From positions 1 to 64,000 of the IMG/VR virus record IMGVR_UViG_2700988807_000001: DNA of 64,000 nt. The stretch is one strand, 5' to 3'. Positions 29,640-39,715 of this stretch are shown here, piece by piece; within the stretch, counting starts at the first letter, position 1; each line of letters starts with the position of its first letter. The translations under genes were made by a program, and so were the position numbers. Source of the DNA: a virus. Taxonomy: Duplodnaviria > Caudoviricetes. The notes beneath the pieces are model-generated. The model saw only the letters and a list, made by a program, of their open reading frames with translations. It ran no database searches and had not been told where the DNA came from.

Positions 29640-30020
29640 ATGGCAATCTCGTTCGAAACCTCTGGTAGCTTCCAGAACACCGAGCGGCGTCTTAAAAGGA
29701 TGTCCAAGCCGGACATTGGTCGGGTCTTGAACACCTACGGCGCCCTCGGTGTTGCCGCTTTGAAGGCCTACACACCGGTTGATTCGTCTGCGACCGCCAA
29801 TGCGTGGTACCACAAGGTGACGAACAAGGGCGGCTCTTGGGAGCTCTCTTGGCACAATCAAAATGGGAGTGCAGATACTCCAATCGCCATCATGCTTCAG
29901 TACGGCCACGGTACCGGTACTGGCGGATACGTTGCGGGGCGCGACTATATTAACCCCGCAATTCGACCCATCTTCGACGCGATTAAATCCGCTGTGTGGA
30001 AAGAGGTGACACGTACATGA
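29640..30020 (+). CDS. HK97-gp10-like neck/tail component
   Basis: TPVDS..TA..W, LQYGHGT, DYINPAI motifs. Confidence 0.65.
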   Translation: MAISFETSGSFQNTERRLKRMSKPDIGRVLNTYGALGVAALKAYTPVDSSATANAWYHKVTNKGGSWELSWHNQNGSADTPIAIMLQYGHGTGTGGYVAGRDYINPAIRPIFDAIKSAVWKEVTRT

Positions 30021-33000
30021 GCCTCATCGAGGACCTCATTGTCGGAATGAAGTTCGACAATAAGCAGTTCGAAGCTGGCGCCAGGATCACCATGGCGACT
30101 TTGGCCCAGCTCAAGGGCAGCATGAACTTCACCGGTGCAAGCAAGGGCATCGACGATGTTCAAGCTTCGGTCAACCGCTTCTCCATGGACAGCGCAGGCG
30201 CTGGTGTTGACACGTTCAGTGCTAAGTTTGTTGCTTTGTCGACGGTCGCTATTACAGCGCTGTCGAATATTACGAACCGAGCTATCGACGCCGGAATCAA
30301 CATCGCTAAGGCTCTTACCATTACGCCCGTCAAGGACGGTTTTGATGAGTATGAGCTGAAGATGGGTTCTATTCAGACCATCATGGCGAACACGTCGAAG
30401 CACGGCACAACACTTCAAGAGGTTACGGCTAACCTCGACGAGTTGAACACGTACGCTGACGAAACCATTTACAACTTCGGTGACATGACCAAGAACATCG
30501 GTCTGTTCACCAACGCTGGCATCGGTGTCGCTGACGCTACGAAGATGATTAAGGGTTTCTCTAACGAAGCCGCGTCGTCTGGTACTAGTGCTCAGGGTGC
30601 CGCCGGCGCTGCTTACCAGCTTTCTCAGGCTCTTTCTGCTGGTCAGATCACCCTCATGGACTGGCGCTCGCTGACTAACGTCGGTATGGGTAACAAGAAC
30701 ATGCAGGAAGGCATCGTTCAGATCGCTGATGCTATGGGCGCTTTCAGTGGCACTGGTATCACGGCAAACGATGTCTTGAAGGACTTCAATGGCTCCCTTG
30801 AGAAGAAGTGGCTCAAGGCCGATGTCATGGAGAACTACCTAAAGATCCAGGCTGAAGGTAACGAAGAAGTCAGCCGCGCAATGATGAAGCAGATCGGTTT
30901 GAGCGATCAGCAAGCCGACGCATTCATCAAGCAGCAGAAAATTGCCCAGGACGCGGCAACCAAGGTTCGAACCTGGACGCAGCTCGTCGGTACGATCAAG
31001 GAAGGTGTCGGTTCGTCCTGGGCTCAGACTGCCGATATTATCCTTGGTGATTTCGATCAGGCTACCGATCTCTTCAGCGGCATCTACAACAAGATCGATC
31101 CGCTTATCGGCGCAATGGGTAAGGCTCGTAACGACCTTCTCAAGGGCTGGGCTGATGGCGGCGGTCGAGACGACATGGTCGCTAGCATCAACAATGTGAT
31201 CGACGGTCTCGTTTCGATCATGCGACCTATCAAGGAAGCTTTTCAGAACATTTTCCCGCCGGCGACGGCAGCGAACCTTATTTCTATCACCGCAGCAATC
31301 AAGAACTTCACTGAGAAGCTCAAGATTGGTGGCGAAACAGCAGATAAGCTGAAGCGCACTTTCTCTGGCGTCTTTGCCATATTTGGTATTGCCTGGGAAG
31401 TCATCAAGGGCGTTGCCAGCGCTTTCGGTAAGTTGTTTGGCGCTGTTGGTCAAGGTGGCGGCGGCTTCTTGTCTCTCACAGCTAAGATCGGCGATTTCCT
31501 CACGAAGATCCATGCGGCCATCAAGAGTGGCGGAGTCTTCACAAAGATATTCGAGGTTCTAGGTACGGTGCTTGCCGTTCCGATCAAGATCTTCGGTAAT
31601 CTTACCGAGGCAGTTGCTAACTTCTTCGGCGCTCTCGGTAACCTCGGCGGAGCCATCGGTCAGGTATACGGTATCCTCGCAAAGGGCGACTTCAAGGGTG
31701 GTCCTTTCTCCGAGGACTCGAAGATTGTCGATATTCTCTTCAGGATTCGAGAAGCTTTCGAGGTTGTCGGTTCCGCGGTAAGTCAGTTCTGGAACATTCT
31801 TGCCAAGGGTGATTTTGTCGGCGGTGTGTTTGGGGAGGACTCGGCTATCGTCGACGGGCTCTTCAAGTTCCGCGACATGATCAAGGATTTCTTCTCGCCA
31901 GGCAACCTAACCAAGATGTTGGGTATCGGTGCTGGCGGTGGACTTGCTGTCGCTATCGGTATGCTCTTGAAGAAGGGCATCAAGTTCGGAGTCGATGATT
32001 CCGAAGGCGGCATGTTCGACACCATCAAGGGAATGTTCGCTGGAATCAAGGGTACGTTTGAAAGTGTTTCGGGCGTTCTCGATAGCTTGACCGGTTCTCT
32101 CACGGCCATGCAGAACAACATCAAGGCGACAGTTCTTCTGAAGATCGCTGCCGCCGTTGGTCTGCTGGCTCTGTCGGTCAAGCTGCTCTCGACGATTGAT
32201 GCTGGTGACCTGGCTAAGTCTATGGCGGCTATCGCCACTGGCTTCGGTATGCTGCTCGGTGCTATGACGGTCATGTCGAAGATTTCTGGCGCCGGCGGGT
32301 TGGCCACATTCCCCGCTATCGCCGCAGGAATGATGCTCATGGCCGGAGCAATCCTTATTCTCGCTGCAGCCGCTAAGGTGTTTGCGACGATGGATTGGGA
32401 CGAGATTCTCAAGGGTCTCGTCGGTGTCGGTGTCATGATGGCTGCGCTTGTTGGTGCGGCATACGGTCTCGGTAAAGCCGAGGGTCCGATGCTTCGCGCT
32501 GGCCTCGCAATGATTCCGTTGGCAATCGGTATCAGAATCTTGGCAACAGCAGTCAAGGCTCTGGGTGACATGGAATGGGACGAGCTCGTCAAGGGCTTGA
32601 TCGGCATGTCCGTGGCTCTCGGTGCAATCACACTGGCGCTCAAGTTCATGCCAGAGGGTATGCCAGCTATCGGTCTTGGTCTCACTCTGATCGGTGCTGG
32701 CTTGTTGGTCGTTGCTATGGCGATCAAGACAATGGGTAATACAGACACCGACGCCCTGGTCAAGGGCTTGATCGGTATATCTGTGGCTCTCGGTGCAATC
32801 ACTCTTGCTCTGAGATTTATGCCGAAGAACATGCCCTCCATTGGCTTCGGCCTCATCATGGTCGCGGGAGCACTCCAGCTTATTACGGGTGCGATCAAGA
32901 CCATGGGTAACATGTCGTGGGATGAGTTGATCCGAGGTCTCGTTGGTCTCGGTGGCGCGATGGCTATCATGACTGTGGCTCTATCCCTTATGAGCGGTAC

Positions 33001-35869
33001 CCTCGCTGGCTCGGCAGCTCTCATGGTTGCTTCGCTGGCGCTGGCCATGCTTATTCCCCCGTTGCTGCTGCTTTCGGCAATGTCTTGGCAGGACCTTCTC
33101 ACTGGTCTCGGCGGATTGGCCGGTATATTCACAGTCATCGGTCTGGCTGGTTTGCTATTGACGCCGGTTCTCCCAGCCATCCTTGGTTTGGGTGCCGCGA
33201 TGGCAATGATCGGTGTCGGTATGGTTGCCGTCGGTGCTGGAGCATTGCTATTTTCCATGGCTTTGACAGCCGTGGTGAATGTCCTCGCTCTAGGTAAGAC
33301 TGCTCTGGTTAATCTAGCAGACACATTCCCGCTATTGGCTACAAGATTCGGTGAGGCTATGACGGCCTTCATCGTTTCTCTCGGAGCCAATGCTGGAAAG
33401 ATCGTTGGTGCTTTCAAGAACCTTCTGATCAGCATGCTCGATGCAGTTATCGAGATCGCTCCGAAGATCGGTGAAACGGTAAGTACGCTTCTCCAGACCT
33501 TCCTGCAGCTGATCATCGATAATGCGCCAATGATTGGTCAAGCCTTCTCGACCCTTATCCAGACGCTTCTCAACATCGTCACGGAGAATGCGCCTCGTAT
33601 TTGGGATGCGGGATTCAACCTCATCACGGGCTTCCTCGGAACCATTCGTGATCGAGTTCCTGAGATCGTCACTATCGCTACCGATATCATCGTCAACTTC
33701 ATCAACGCGATCTCCAGCAATCTCCCGAGAATCGTTCAGGCCGGTTTCGATCTGATCATCAACTTCCTGAACAGCCTTGCCGACTCCATTCGAGCAAACA
33801 GCGGTTTGGTTACCGACGCCGCGTTGAACGTGGCTGACGCAATCATCGACGGTATGGTCCAGGGTATTTCTCGGGGCATCGGTCGAGTCGTTGACGCTGC
33901 AAAGAACATGGCGTCGAACGCTCTGAATGCAGCCAAGAATTTCCTCGGTATCAATTCACCGTCGAAGGAATTCCGTTACATTGGTGAGTGGGTTGGCGAG
34001 GGTTTCGTTCTTGGTATGGAACGAAGTGAATCCCACGTCAGAATGGGTGCCATATCCTTGGCCAAGACCGCTCTCAATGCTACGCAGCATGAGCTTCGTG
34101 GTATCGCCGGTATGTTCCAGGAAGCTTGGAGCATTCTGTCTGAGGGCGATTTCAAGGGAATCGGACCGTGGCAGGAAGACGATCCGATCGTCAACACCCT
34201 CTTCAATATTCGAGAGGGTCTCGGTGGTATCGGTGCCGTGGCGCGAACCACCTGGGGTATTCTGGCTGAGGGCGATTATATCGGTAACGGCGGAATCATG
34301 GAAGAAGATTCCCCGATCGTCGACACCCTCTTCAATATTCGTGAGGGCCTCGACAGGGTTGGTAAGACCGCAACCACGGTCTGGAGTATTCTCGCCAAGG
34401 GAGACTTCGTCGGAAACGGCGGAATTCTTGAGGAAGATTCTCCGATTGTAGATACGCTGTTCAACCTCCGCGAAGGTTTCGAGGCTGTCCAAGGCTCTGC
34501 CAAGGAAGCTTGGAACGTCCTCACCGAGGGCGACTTCAAGGGTGTCGGTATCTGGGAAGAAGACTCCCCGATTATCGATGGCCTCATGCGTATTCACGAA
34601 GGGTTCGAAGACTTCCAGGAAGTTGGTCAAGACGCCATCCAGGGTCTGATCAATGGTCTTCAGAACGGCGCCAACAACGTCGCAAAGGCTGCTCACGATA
34701 TTGCGACCGGCGCTCTGGACTCGGCCAAGACGGCGCTCGGTATTCGATCTCCTTCGCGGGAGTTCAAGAAGGTCGGTGACGACTCGGTCCAGGGTCTTGT
34801 CAATGGCGTCAACGATGGTCTTGACAAGGTCGAGAAGTCCGGCGAGAACATGGCGACAAAACTCTTCGGCGGCTTCACCAAGAGTATTGGTACGGGCATG
34901 CCCGACGTCGTCGAGTCCATCGTCAAGGTTCTTAAGAGTGGTGAGGGAGACCTCAACATTGGTGGTCCTAATGCTCCACTCACGTGGCAGCTGAAGGGTT
35001 TGAACCAGGCACTCAAGCAGACCGATCTGCAGTTGGCTATATTCTTCGGTGCTGTCGATGCGGCAGATCCGAAGGCTCTCGAAGAGTACGTCGAGAAGGC
35101 CGCTAACAACCTCACGTTCCTCGCAGGCATCTTGGACGGTTTGGCTAGCTCTGCTAATCAGGCGTTCGCGAAGCTCAAGGAGGGCGAGACCCTCGATAAG
35201 GTTATCGGTAACGAGGACTTCCTCTCGGGGATCCTCAATGCCGTCTTGTCTCTGGTTCCCGGTGTGGAGGGTGCTGCGATTCGGCTCGGCGTCACTCTGG
35301 TGAACGGTCTGTTCGGAGCTATATTTGGAGAGACTCTTCTCGGGATGCTCGGAAACTTCGTCCAGAAGGCTATCCAAACGGTTGCCGGCTGGTTCGGAAT
35401 CAAGTTCCCGGTCAAGGAGGAGATCAAGGAAGGCGAGAAGGCTCTCGAAGACTTCGTCGTCAAGGTCGAAGGTGGTGTCGGTAGGTTCAACAAGCTGACA
35501 GAAGAGGGCGTTAAGGCTCTGACCAACACTCTCGCTGGCGTCAGCACTGCTGTTGACGACATCAACACCCAGCCGAAGATTACTCCGGTCCTTGAGCTGA
35601 AGCAATTCAACAAGGACAGTGCAAGCATGCTCAGTGGTCTCAACTCTGCTTCCATATCTTTGGATACGTCGGCAGGGAAGGCGGACACGCTCTTCGACAA
35701 GCAGCGTGAGTTCGCTGAGAACCAGGCGGCTGTTGAGCAGGTTCAGCCGAACATCAACATCGAGTACAACCAAACGAACAATTCACCGAAGCCCATCAGT
35801 CATGTCGAGGTTTTCCGACAGACTAAGAGCCAACTATCACTGACTAAGGAGGCGTTGAAGGTATCATGA
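30017..35869 (+). CDS. Tape measure protein
   Basis: About 1950 aa, Ala/Gly-rich helical repeats, N-terminal tape-measure domain, membrane-like central region; ATG 30017 overlaps the previous stop. Confidence 0.92.
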   Translation: MSLIEDLIVGMKFDNKQFEAGARITMATLAQLKGSMNFTGASKGIDDVQASVNRFSMDSAGAGVDTFSAKFVALSTVAITALSNITNRAIDAGINIAKALTITPVKDGFDEYELKMGSIQTIMANTSKHGTTLQEVTANLDELNTYADETIYNFGDMTKNIGLFTNAGIGVADATKMIKGFSNEAASSGTSAQGAAGAAYQLSQALSAGQITLMDWRSLTNVGMGNKNMQEGIVQIADAMGAFSGTGITANDVLKDFNGSLEKKWLKADVMENYLKIQAEGNEEVSRAMMKQIGLSDQQADAFIKQQKIAQDAATKVRTWTQLVGTIKEGVGSSWAQTADIILGDFDQATDLFSGIYNKIDPLIGAMGKARNDLLKGWADGGGRDDMVASINNVIDGLVSIMRPIKEAFQNIFPPATAANLISITAAIKNFTEKLKIGGETADKLKRTFSGVFAIFGIAWEVIKGVASAFGKLFGAVGQGGGGFLSLTAKIGDFLTKIHAAIKSGGVFTKIFEVLGTVLAVPIKIFGNLTEAVANFFGALGNLGGAIGQVYGILAKGDFKGGPFSEDSKIVDILFRIREAFEVVGSAVSQFWNILAKGDFVGGVFGEDSAIVDGLFKFRDMIKDFFSPGNLTKMLGIGAGGGLAVAIGMLLKKGIKFGVDDSEGGMFDTIKGMFAGIKGTFESVSGVLDSLTGSLTAMQNNIKATVLLKIAAAVGLLALSVKLLSTIDAGDLAKSMAAIATGFGMLLGAMTVMSKISGAGGLATFPAIAAGMMLMAGAILILAAAAKVFATMDWDEILKGLVGVGVMMAALVGAAYGLGKAEGPMLRAGLAMIPLAIGIRILATAVKALGDMEWDELVKGLIGMSVALGAITLALKFMPEGMPAIGLGLTLIGAGLLVVAMAIKTMGNTDTDALVKGLIGISVALGAITLALRFMPKNMPSIGFGLIMVAGALQLITGAIKTMGNMSWDELIRGLVGLGGAMAIMTVALSLMSGTLAGSAALMVASLALAMLIPPLLLLSAMSWQDLLTGLGGLAGIFTVIGLAGLLLTPVLPAILGLGAAMAMIGVGMVAVGAGALLFSMALTAVVNVLALGKTALVNLADTFPLLATRFGEAMTAFIVSLGANAGKIVGAFKNLLISMLDAVIEIAPKIGETVSTLLQTFLQLIIDNAPMIGQAFSTLIQTLLNIVTENAPRIWDAGFNLITGFLGTIRDRVPEIVTIATDIIVNFINAISSNLPRIVQAGFDLIINFLNSLADSIRANSGLVTDAALNVADAIIDGMVQGISRGIGRVVDAAKNMASNALNAAKNFLGINSPSKEFRYIGEWVGEGFVLGMERSESHVRMGAISLAKTALNATQHELRGIAGMFQEAWSILSEGDFKGIGPWQEDDPIVNTLFNIREGLGGIGAVARTTWGILAEGDYIGNGGIMEEDSPIVDTLFNIREGLDRVGKTATTVWSILAKGDFVGNGGILEEDSPIVDTLFNLREGFEAVQGSAKEAWNVLTEGDFKGVGIWEEDSPIIDGLMRIHEGFEDFQEVGQDAIQGLINGLQNGANNVAKAAHDIATGALDSAKTALGIRSPSREFKKVGDDSVQGLVNGVNDGLDKVEKSGENMATKLFGGFTKSIGTGMPDVVESIVKVLKSGEGDLNIGGPNAPLTWQLKGLNQALKQTDLQLAIFFGAVDAADPKALEEYVEKAANNLTFLAGILDGLASSANQAFAKLKEGETLDKVIGNEDFLSGILNAVLSLVPGVEGAAIRLGVTLVNGLFGAIFGETLLGMLGNFVQKAIQTVAGWFGIKFPVKEEIKEGEKALEDFVVKVEGGVGRFNKLTEEGVKALTNTLAGVSTAVDDINTQPKITPVLELKQFNKDSASMLSGLNSASISLDTSAGKADTLFDKQREFAENQAAVEQVQPNINIEYNQTNNSPKPISHVEVFRQTKSQLSLTKEALKVS

Positions 35870-36693
35870 GATTTGACAAAGTTATTTTGGCCGGAGCAAC
35901 GCCTATCACTCTGTTCGACCACAAGAACCCACGTTCTACACCATACACAACGAGAACGATTGATGGTCTGGGTCCCACAGAGGTTAATGTCGCCCTTGCG
36001 CAGAACCTTGAAGGTGGGGGTCTGTATATTGGACGACGTCCTCAGCTACGTGAGATTACGGTAAATGCTTCTCTGAACCCGGACTACACAATTGGGCAAA
36101 CGCCGGAGAAACTGAGAGAAGATATTTACCGGTTGGTTCCGGTGAACAGAGATCGATCGTTGGATTTCTGTCTCCTGCTGAACGGGGAGGAACTTGCTAT
36201 CACGCCCGTGTACGTCAAGCGTGTTGATGTCTCCCCGTTCAGTAAGGACACCCTCTTCCAGATCGTTCTGGCGTCTACGTCGGAATACTTCTACAAGAGA
36301 GTTCCTCTACTCGACGAAGCACCGAACTTCAACACCCTGAACCCGAACTTTGTCAACGTTGGGTCCGCCCCCACCGGTTTCAGAGTTCGGGTCAGGTTTA
36401 CCGGAGCGGCAACTCAGTTCGGTTTCTACAGGTACGATCTACCGGATCGAATGCTCGTCACCTACAACTTCCAGACCAACGATATTCTTGAGATTAACAC
36501 AAATCAGGGTAGTCGTGGCGTGTGGTTGACTCGCGGTGGCGTCATGACGAGTTTGATCGGAAATCTGAGTACGGATTCGACCTGGCTTGTGTTGGAATCG
36601 GGAGACAACCCGTTCGTAACATTTGTCGGAATCGGCGCACCGCAGTTCACCTGGCAGCAATTCGAGTATCGTCCTAAGTATCTGGGAGTGTGA
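35866..36693 (+). CDS. Distal tail/minor tail protein
   Basis: Directly after tape measure; Dit-like size and IDGLGP, N.GSAPTG motifs. Confidence 0.7.
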   Translation: MRFDKVILAGATPITLFDHKNPRSTPYTTRTIDGLGPTEVNVALAQNLEGGGLYIGRRPQLREITVNASLNPDYTIGQTPEKLREDIYRLVPVNRDRSLDFCLLLNGEELAITPVYVKRVDVSPFSKDTLFQIVLASTSEYFYKRVPLLDEAPNFNTLNPNFVNVGSAPTGFRVRVRFTGAATQFGFYRYDLPDRMLVTYNFQTNDILEINTNQGSRGVWLTRGGVMTSLIGNLSTDSTWLVLESGDNPFVTFVGIGAPQFTWQQFEYRPKYLGV

Positions 36694-36696
36694 CCT

Positions 36697-38091
36697 ATGG
36701 ATCTCGTAACGCTAAAGGATTGGGTATATCCAACACTTCCGACCCATCCGTGGTACGTTCCTGACGATGCTGTTGGACGCGAGAGTGATCCGCTATATTC
36801 GACGCCGTCGCCTAAGCAGCCGGGGGTATACACACCTCTGAATCTCATCGAGGGCTACACGTCGCTCATTTGGAAAGAAAGCTTTGCCGGCACCAACGGC
36901 ACGTTCGAGCTCAAAACCTACGACGTTCAAAAGACTCTCGATGCGCTTCCCAAGGGTACGCTGGTTAGCCTCCTCGATACCGACGAGGTCTACATCGTTA
37001 CGACTCGCCACATTGGTACGGACGAAGGTGGGGTGGACACGCTTACGGTCTCGGGCGTGAGCATTCTGAAGTTCCTTCTCGATAATCGAATCACCTGGTC
37101 GTACGACCCAACAACCCCGACGCCTATTCGTGCAACCAACGTGAATTTGAACTTCAGGATCCCGGACCACCTAGCGTTTATTTTGTGGTCGGGTCTCGTC
37201 TTCCACCATCGCGAAGGTGGTGTCAGCGGAGGTAAGCCGTTCGAACTTCCGTATGACATCACTGTTCCTCACACGGCAGTGTCTCAAAGTCTGTATGATC
37301 CGTCCAAGGGCGATCTATATTCGACCGAGTGGCCTCCACCAATCGAGTATCGTATTACTTCGATAAACGATCTCATGGCTTTGACGCAGAGGTTTGGCGT
37401 CAGAACAATTAGGCCTCGTGGTGGGTCTGCTTGGATTTACAAGCCTTCATTGGCGTCCAAGTTTGGTGAGTATGATCCGCTGGTGATGCAGACAAACATC
37501 GACAAGATGCTGTTTGACGTCTATGAGGGTCTTGATCGAACTAAGGCTGACGCGAATCGGATCGTGTTTCGGCACGATGCCGGCGATATTGTCAGTTCGG
37601 AATTCTTGGATTCCATCGAAACGTTCAAGAACGTCGTGAATTCACACGCTGAGGTTGATCCGACTAAGACCGCTTTCTCGAACATGTTTCCTCCGGTTGT
37701 TTCCAAGATCCACTACGCGACTGGGTTGCCGGGAAGCACGCCGGCGGACAATGTCAAACCGGGAACACAGTTTTTGATGGGCGAGGTTGCGTCGACCGCC
37801 GACTTGAAGAACTACGGCCTAAACGCGGCTACCAGCGCTCGTATGTCAGCCGACGCATACAAGTATCTTCGAGACAACAAGCGCATCGACATGTTGACTG
37901 CCGATATTTCGCCCGACACGCAGTACAAGTACAAAGTGCATTACAACCTTGGAGACATTGTCTACGTGCAGGGTAAGTATGGCGGGCTGCAGAAGATGGT
38001 GGTCTCTGAATACACCCGCACATCCGAGAACATCGGTGAGAGCGGATACCCGACACTGGTACGATGGGAGGACCCAAGTGGTAGCACCTAA
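36697..38091 (+). CDS. Minor tail protein (baseplate hub-like)
   Basis: IEGYTSLIW.E...G.FEL; Y..HYNLGDIV; V.EY..T....GE.GYPTL C-terminus. Confidence 0.7.
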   Translation: MDLVTLKDWVYPTLPTHPWYVPDDAVGRESDPLYSTPSPKQPGVYTPLNLIEGYTSLIWKESFAGTNGTFELKTYDVQKTLDALPKGTLVSLLDTDEVYIVTTRHIGTDEGGVDTLTVSGVSILKFLLDNRITWSYDPTTPTPIRATNVNLNFRIPDHLAFILWSGLVFHHREGGVSGGKPFELPYDITVPHTAVSQSLYDPSKGDLYSTEWPPPIEYRITSINDLMALTQRFGVRTIRPRGGSAWIYKPSLASKFGEYDPLVMQTNIDKMLFDVYEGLDRTKADANRIVFRHDAGDIVSSEFLDSIETFKNVVNSHAEVDPTKTAFSNMFPPVVSKIHYATGLPGSTPADNVKPGTQFLMGEVASTADLKNYGLNAATSARMSADAYKYLRDNKRIDMLTADISPDTQYKYKVHYNLGDIVYVQGKYGGLQKMVVSEYTRTSENIGESGYPTLVRWEDPSGST

Positions 38092-38119
38092 TTCTTGTCC
38101 GAGGGAAGGAGGTGAAATT

Positions 38120-38704
38120 GTGGAGGAAACAAAACCAAAGTGGCATGCGGTTAAGCCTTGGAATCGTCACGGCTTAATCCTCACCGTCGTTGGTGTTGCG
38201 TATATTCTCATTGGAATCACCTACACCATCGCGCCACCAAGCGAGGCTCGCAGGGAAGCATTACATCTTGCTTTCAGCATCATGCCCTTTAGCTGGTGGG
38301 GTGTCGGTTTCATTGTGGTGGGAATCATCTCCACCATGTCATCTCGTTGGCCGTCGCTACCAAGAACGTTGGGATATTCGACGTTGACTGGGTGGTCTGC
38401 GGCTTGGGCCGGGTTTAATATTGTTGGTGGCCTATCGCAGCACGATACGCATCTATCCTATGCGGCAGGTGGTTTGGCATGGGGATTGATGGGTTTCCTT
38501 TGGTGGGCGATTAGCGGCTTAATTTGTCCACCTAAGGAAAGGGGGGTACGTGGACGCCCTGCCCCATATCGTGAGCCTAGCTGTCGCTTTGATTGCGGCA
38601 TTGTCCGCGTTAGCGACGCAGCGGGCGTCATCGAAAGCAAGTCGAACGGAGAAACAAGAAGCTTCCCGAGCCAGCATGGAGACGGAAGCGTACGAACGAG
38701 CTAG
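38120..38704 (+). CDS. Multi-pass membrane protein
   Basis: GTG after GGAGG; four hydrophobic helices; C-terminal tail overlaps the next gene. Confidence 0.6.
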   Translation: MEETKPKWHAVKPWNRHGLILTVVGVAYILIGITYTIAPPSEARREALHLAFSIMPFSWWGVGFIVVGIISTMSSRWPSLPRTLGYSTLTGWSAAWAGFNIVGGLSQHDTHLSYAAGGLAWGLMGFLWWAISGLICPPKERGVRGRPAPYREPSCRFDCGIVRVSDAAGVIESKSNGETRSFPSQHGDGSVRTS

Positions 38705-38891
38705 AGCTTTCGATACGGAGACGATCCGACGTCAGAACGAACAGATCGCAGCCCTCTTGGCTAAAGTTGCCAAGCAGGACGAGGAGATGCTTCAGCTTCA
38801 GGAGAAGTTGAAGATGACGAACGAACGTCTAGAGAGTATCGAAAGTCATACCTGTGGCCCGGATGCGGGCTTGGAGCCAGCTAATGGTTAA
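38550..38891 (+). CDS. Membrane-anchored coiled-coil protein
   Basis: N-terminal TM helix plus coiled coil; GGGGG RBS. Confidence 0.6.
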   Translation: MDALPHIVSLAVALIAALSALATQRASSKASRTEKQEASRASMETEAYERARAFDTETIRRQNEQIAALLAKVAKQDEEMLQLQEKLKMTNERLESIESHTCGPDAGLEPANG

Positions 38892-38900
38892 TCCTACTAT

Positions 38901-38943
38901 TCGCAAAAATTACACACCCTATAATGAGACCCCTATGAAAGGA
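38901..38943 (+). promoter_or_regulatory. Cassette promoter repeat copy 1 (TCGCA-N14-TATAAT-GAGACCCCTAYGAAAGGA)
   Basis: Perfect -10 TATAAT plus RBS module; one of 14 copies. Confidence 0.85.
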
Positions 38944-38949
38944 ACTGTA

Positions 38950-39249
38950 ATGTTCAACTCCAAGCCCTCCACCAGCAAGTCTGGCCTCGAAGACGCTATC
39001 AACAACCTTCTCTCTGAGATGGCCGGTTATGACGCGCACTCCGAAGCTTACGCCCAGATGGCGGACCAGCTTGTCAAGCTCTACGAACTGAAGGAAGTCG
39101 ACCACAAGGCCGAATCCGGAAAGCGCGTAAGTGCTGACACGCTGGCCATCGTCGGCGGCAACATCTTCGGAATCGCCATGATCGTCCTCTATGAGCAGAG
39201 GGGCGTTCTGACGTCCAAGGCCCTGCCTTTGCTGATGAAGCTGAAGTAA
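38950..39249 (+). CDS. Small hypothetical protein with C-terminal TM helix
   Basis: ATG just after the repeat RBS. Confidence 0.7.
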   Translation: MFNSKPSTSKSGLEDAINNLLSEMAGYDAHSEAYAQMADQLVKLYELKEVDHKAESGKRVSADTLAIVGGNIFGIAMIVLYEQRGVLTSKALPLLMKLK

Positions 39250-39273
39250 CATACACCCACACAGGTGCCCCCG

Positions 39274-39327
39274 ACTGAGGAGGCTTGTAAGGACGAGATT
39301 TATATCCTTGCAAGCCTTCTCAGTTTT
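39274..39327 (+). terminator. Intrinsic terminator-like hairpin
   Basis: ACTGAGGAGGCTTGTAAGGA / TCCTTGCAAGCCTTCTCAGT stem plus T-run. Confidence 0.7.
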
Positions 39328-39395
39328 CGTCGCATCAAAAACACGCCTTCTCAATTTTTCCCGGGGAGGACTTTTGGCTCAAAGTCTTCGAAGGG

Positions 39396-39438
39396 TCGCA
39401 TGTAAAACACACTATATAATGAGACCCCTACGAAAGGA
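39396..39438 (+). promoter_or_regulatory. Cassette promoter repeat copy 2
   Basis: TCGCATGTAAAACACACTATATAATGAGACCCCTACGAAAGGA. Confidence 0.85.
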
Positions 39439-39444
39439 ACCGAG

Positions 39445-39636
39445 ATGAAGAACTCCCCGCTCAAGGCTATCAAGAAGATCCACGCCCGACTGACCAAGAC
39501 TCAGAAGGAACGCGACCGCGACTTCCTCCAGGAATACATGAAGAACAATCCTGGATGGACGACGACTACGCAGTTCCAGAAAGATTACGAGGCCGCGTTC
39601 GGCTGCAACCCTCTTGACCAGCAGCGCAAGTCCTGA
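39445..39636 (+). CDS. Small hypothetical protein
   Basis: 63 aa behind the repeat RBS. Confidence 0.7.
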   Translation: MKNSPLKAIKKIHARLTKTQKERDRDFLQEYMKNNPGWTTTTQFQKDYEAAFGCNPLDQQRKS

Positions 39637-39658
39637 TCTACAAACCTAAGTACGATCC

Positions 39659-39699
39659 AAAACCACAAGTCCAATCTATACACGGACTTTTGGTTTTTT
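39659..39699 (+). terminator. Intrinsic terminator-like hairpin (ACAC-loop family)
   Basis: AAAACCACAAGTCC-AATCTATACAC-GGACTTTTGGTTTTTT. Confidence 0.75.
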
Positions 39700-39715
39700 C
39701 TATCTGGAGGTCGAC

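Noticed and set aside
38854-38949. Upstream ORF-track starts running through the promoter repeats (38854, 39955, 41888, 46367, 48716)
   Set aside because: The true starts follow the AAAGGA RBS of the repeat; the extensions merely translate the repeat
39330-39350. Extra promoter copies at 39330 and 42280 (TCGCA...)
   Set aside because: They lack TATAAT at the fixed spacing; treated as degenerate remnants and not counted
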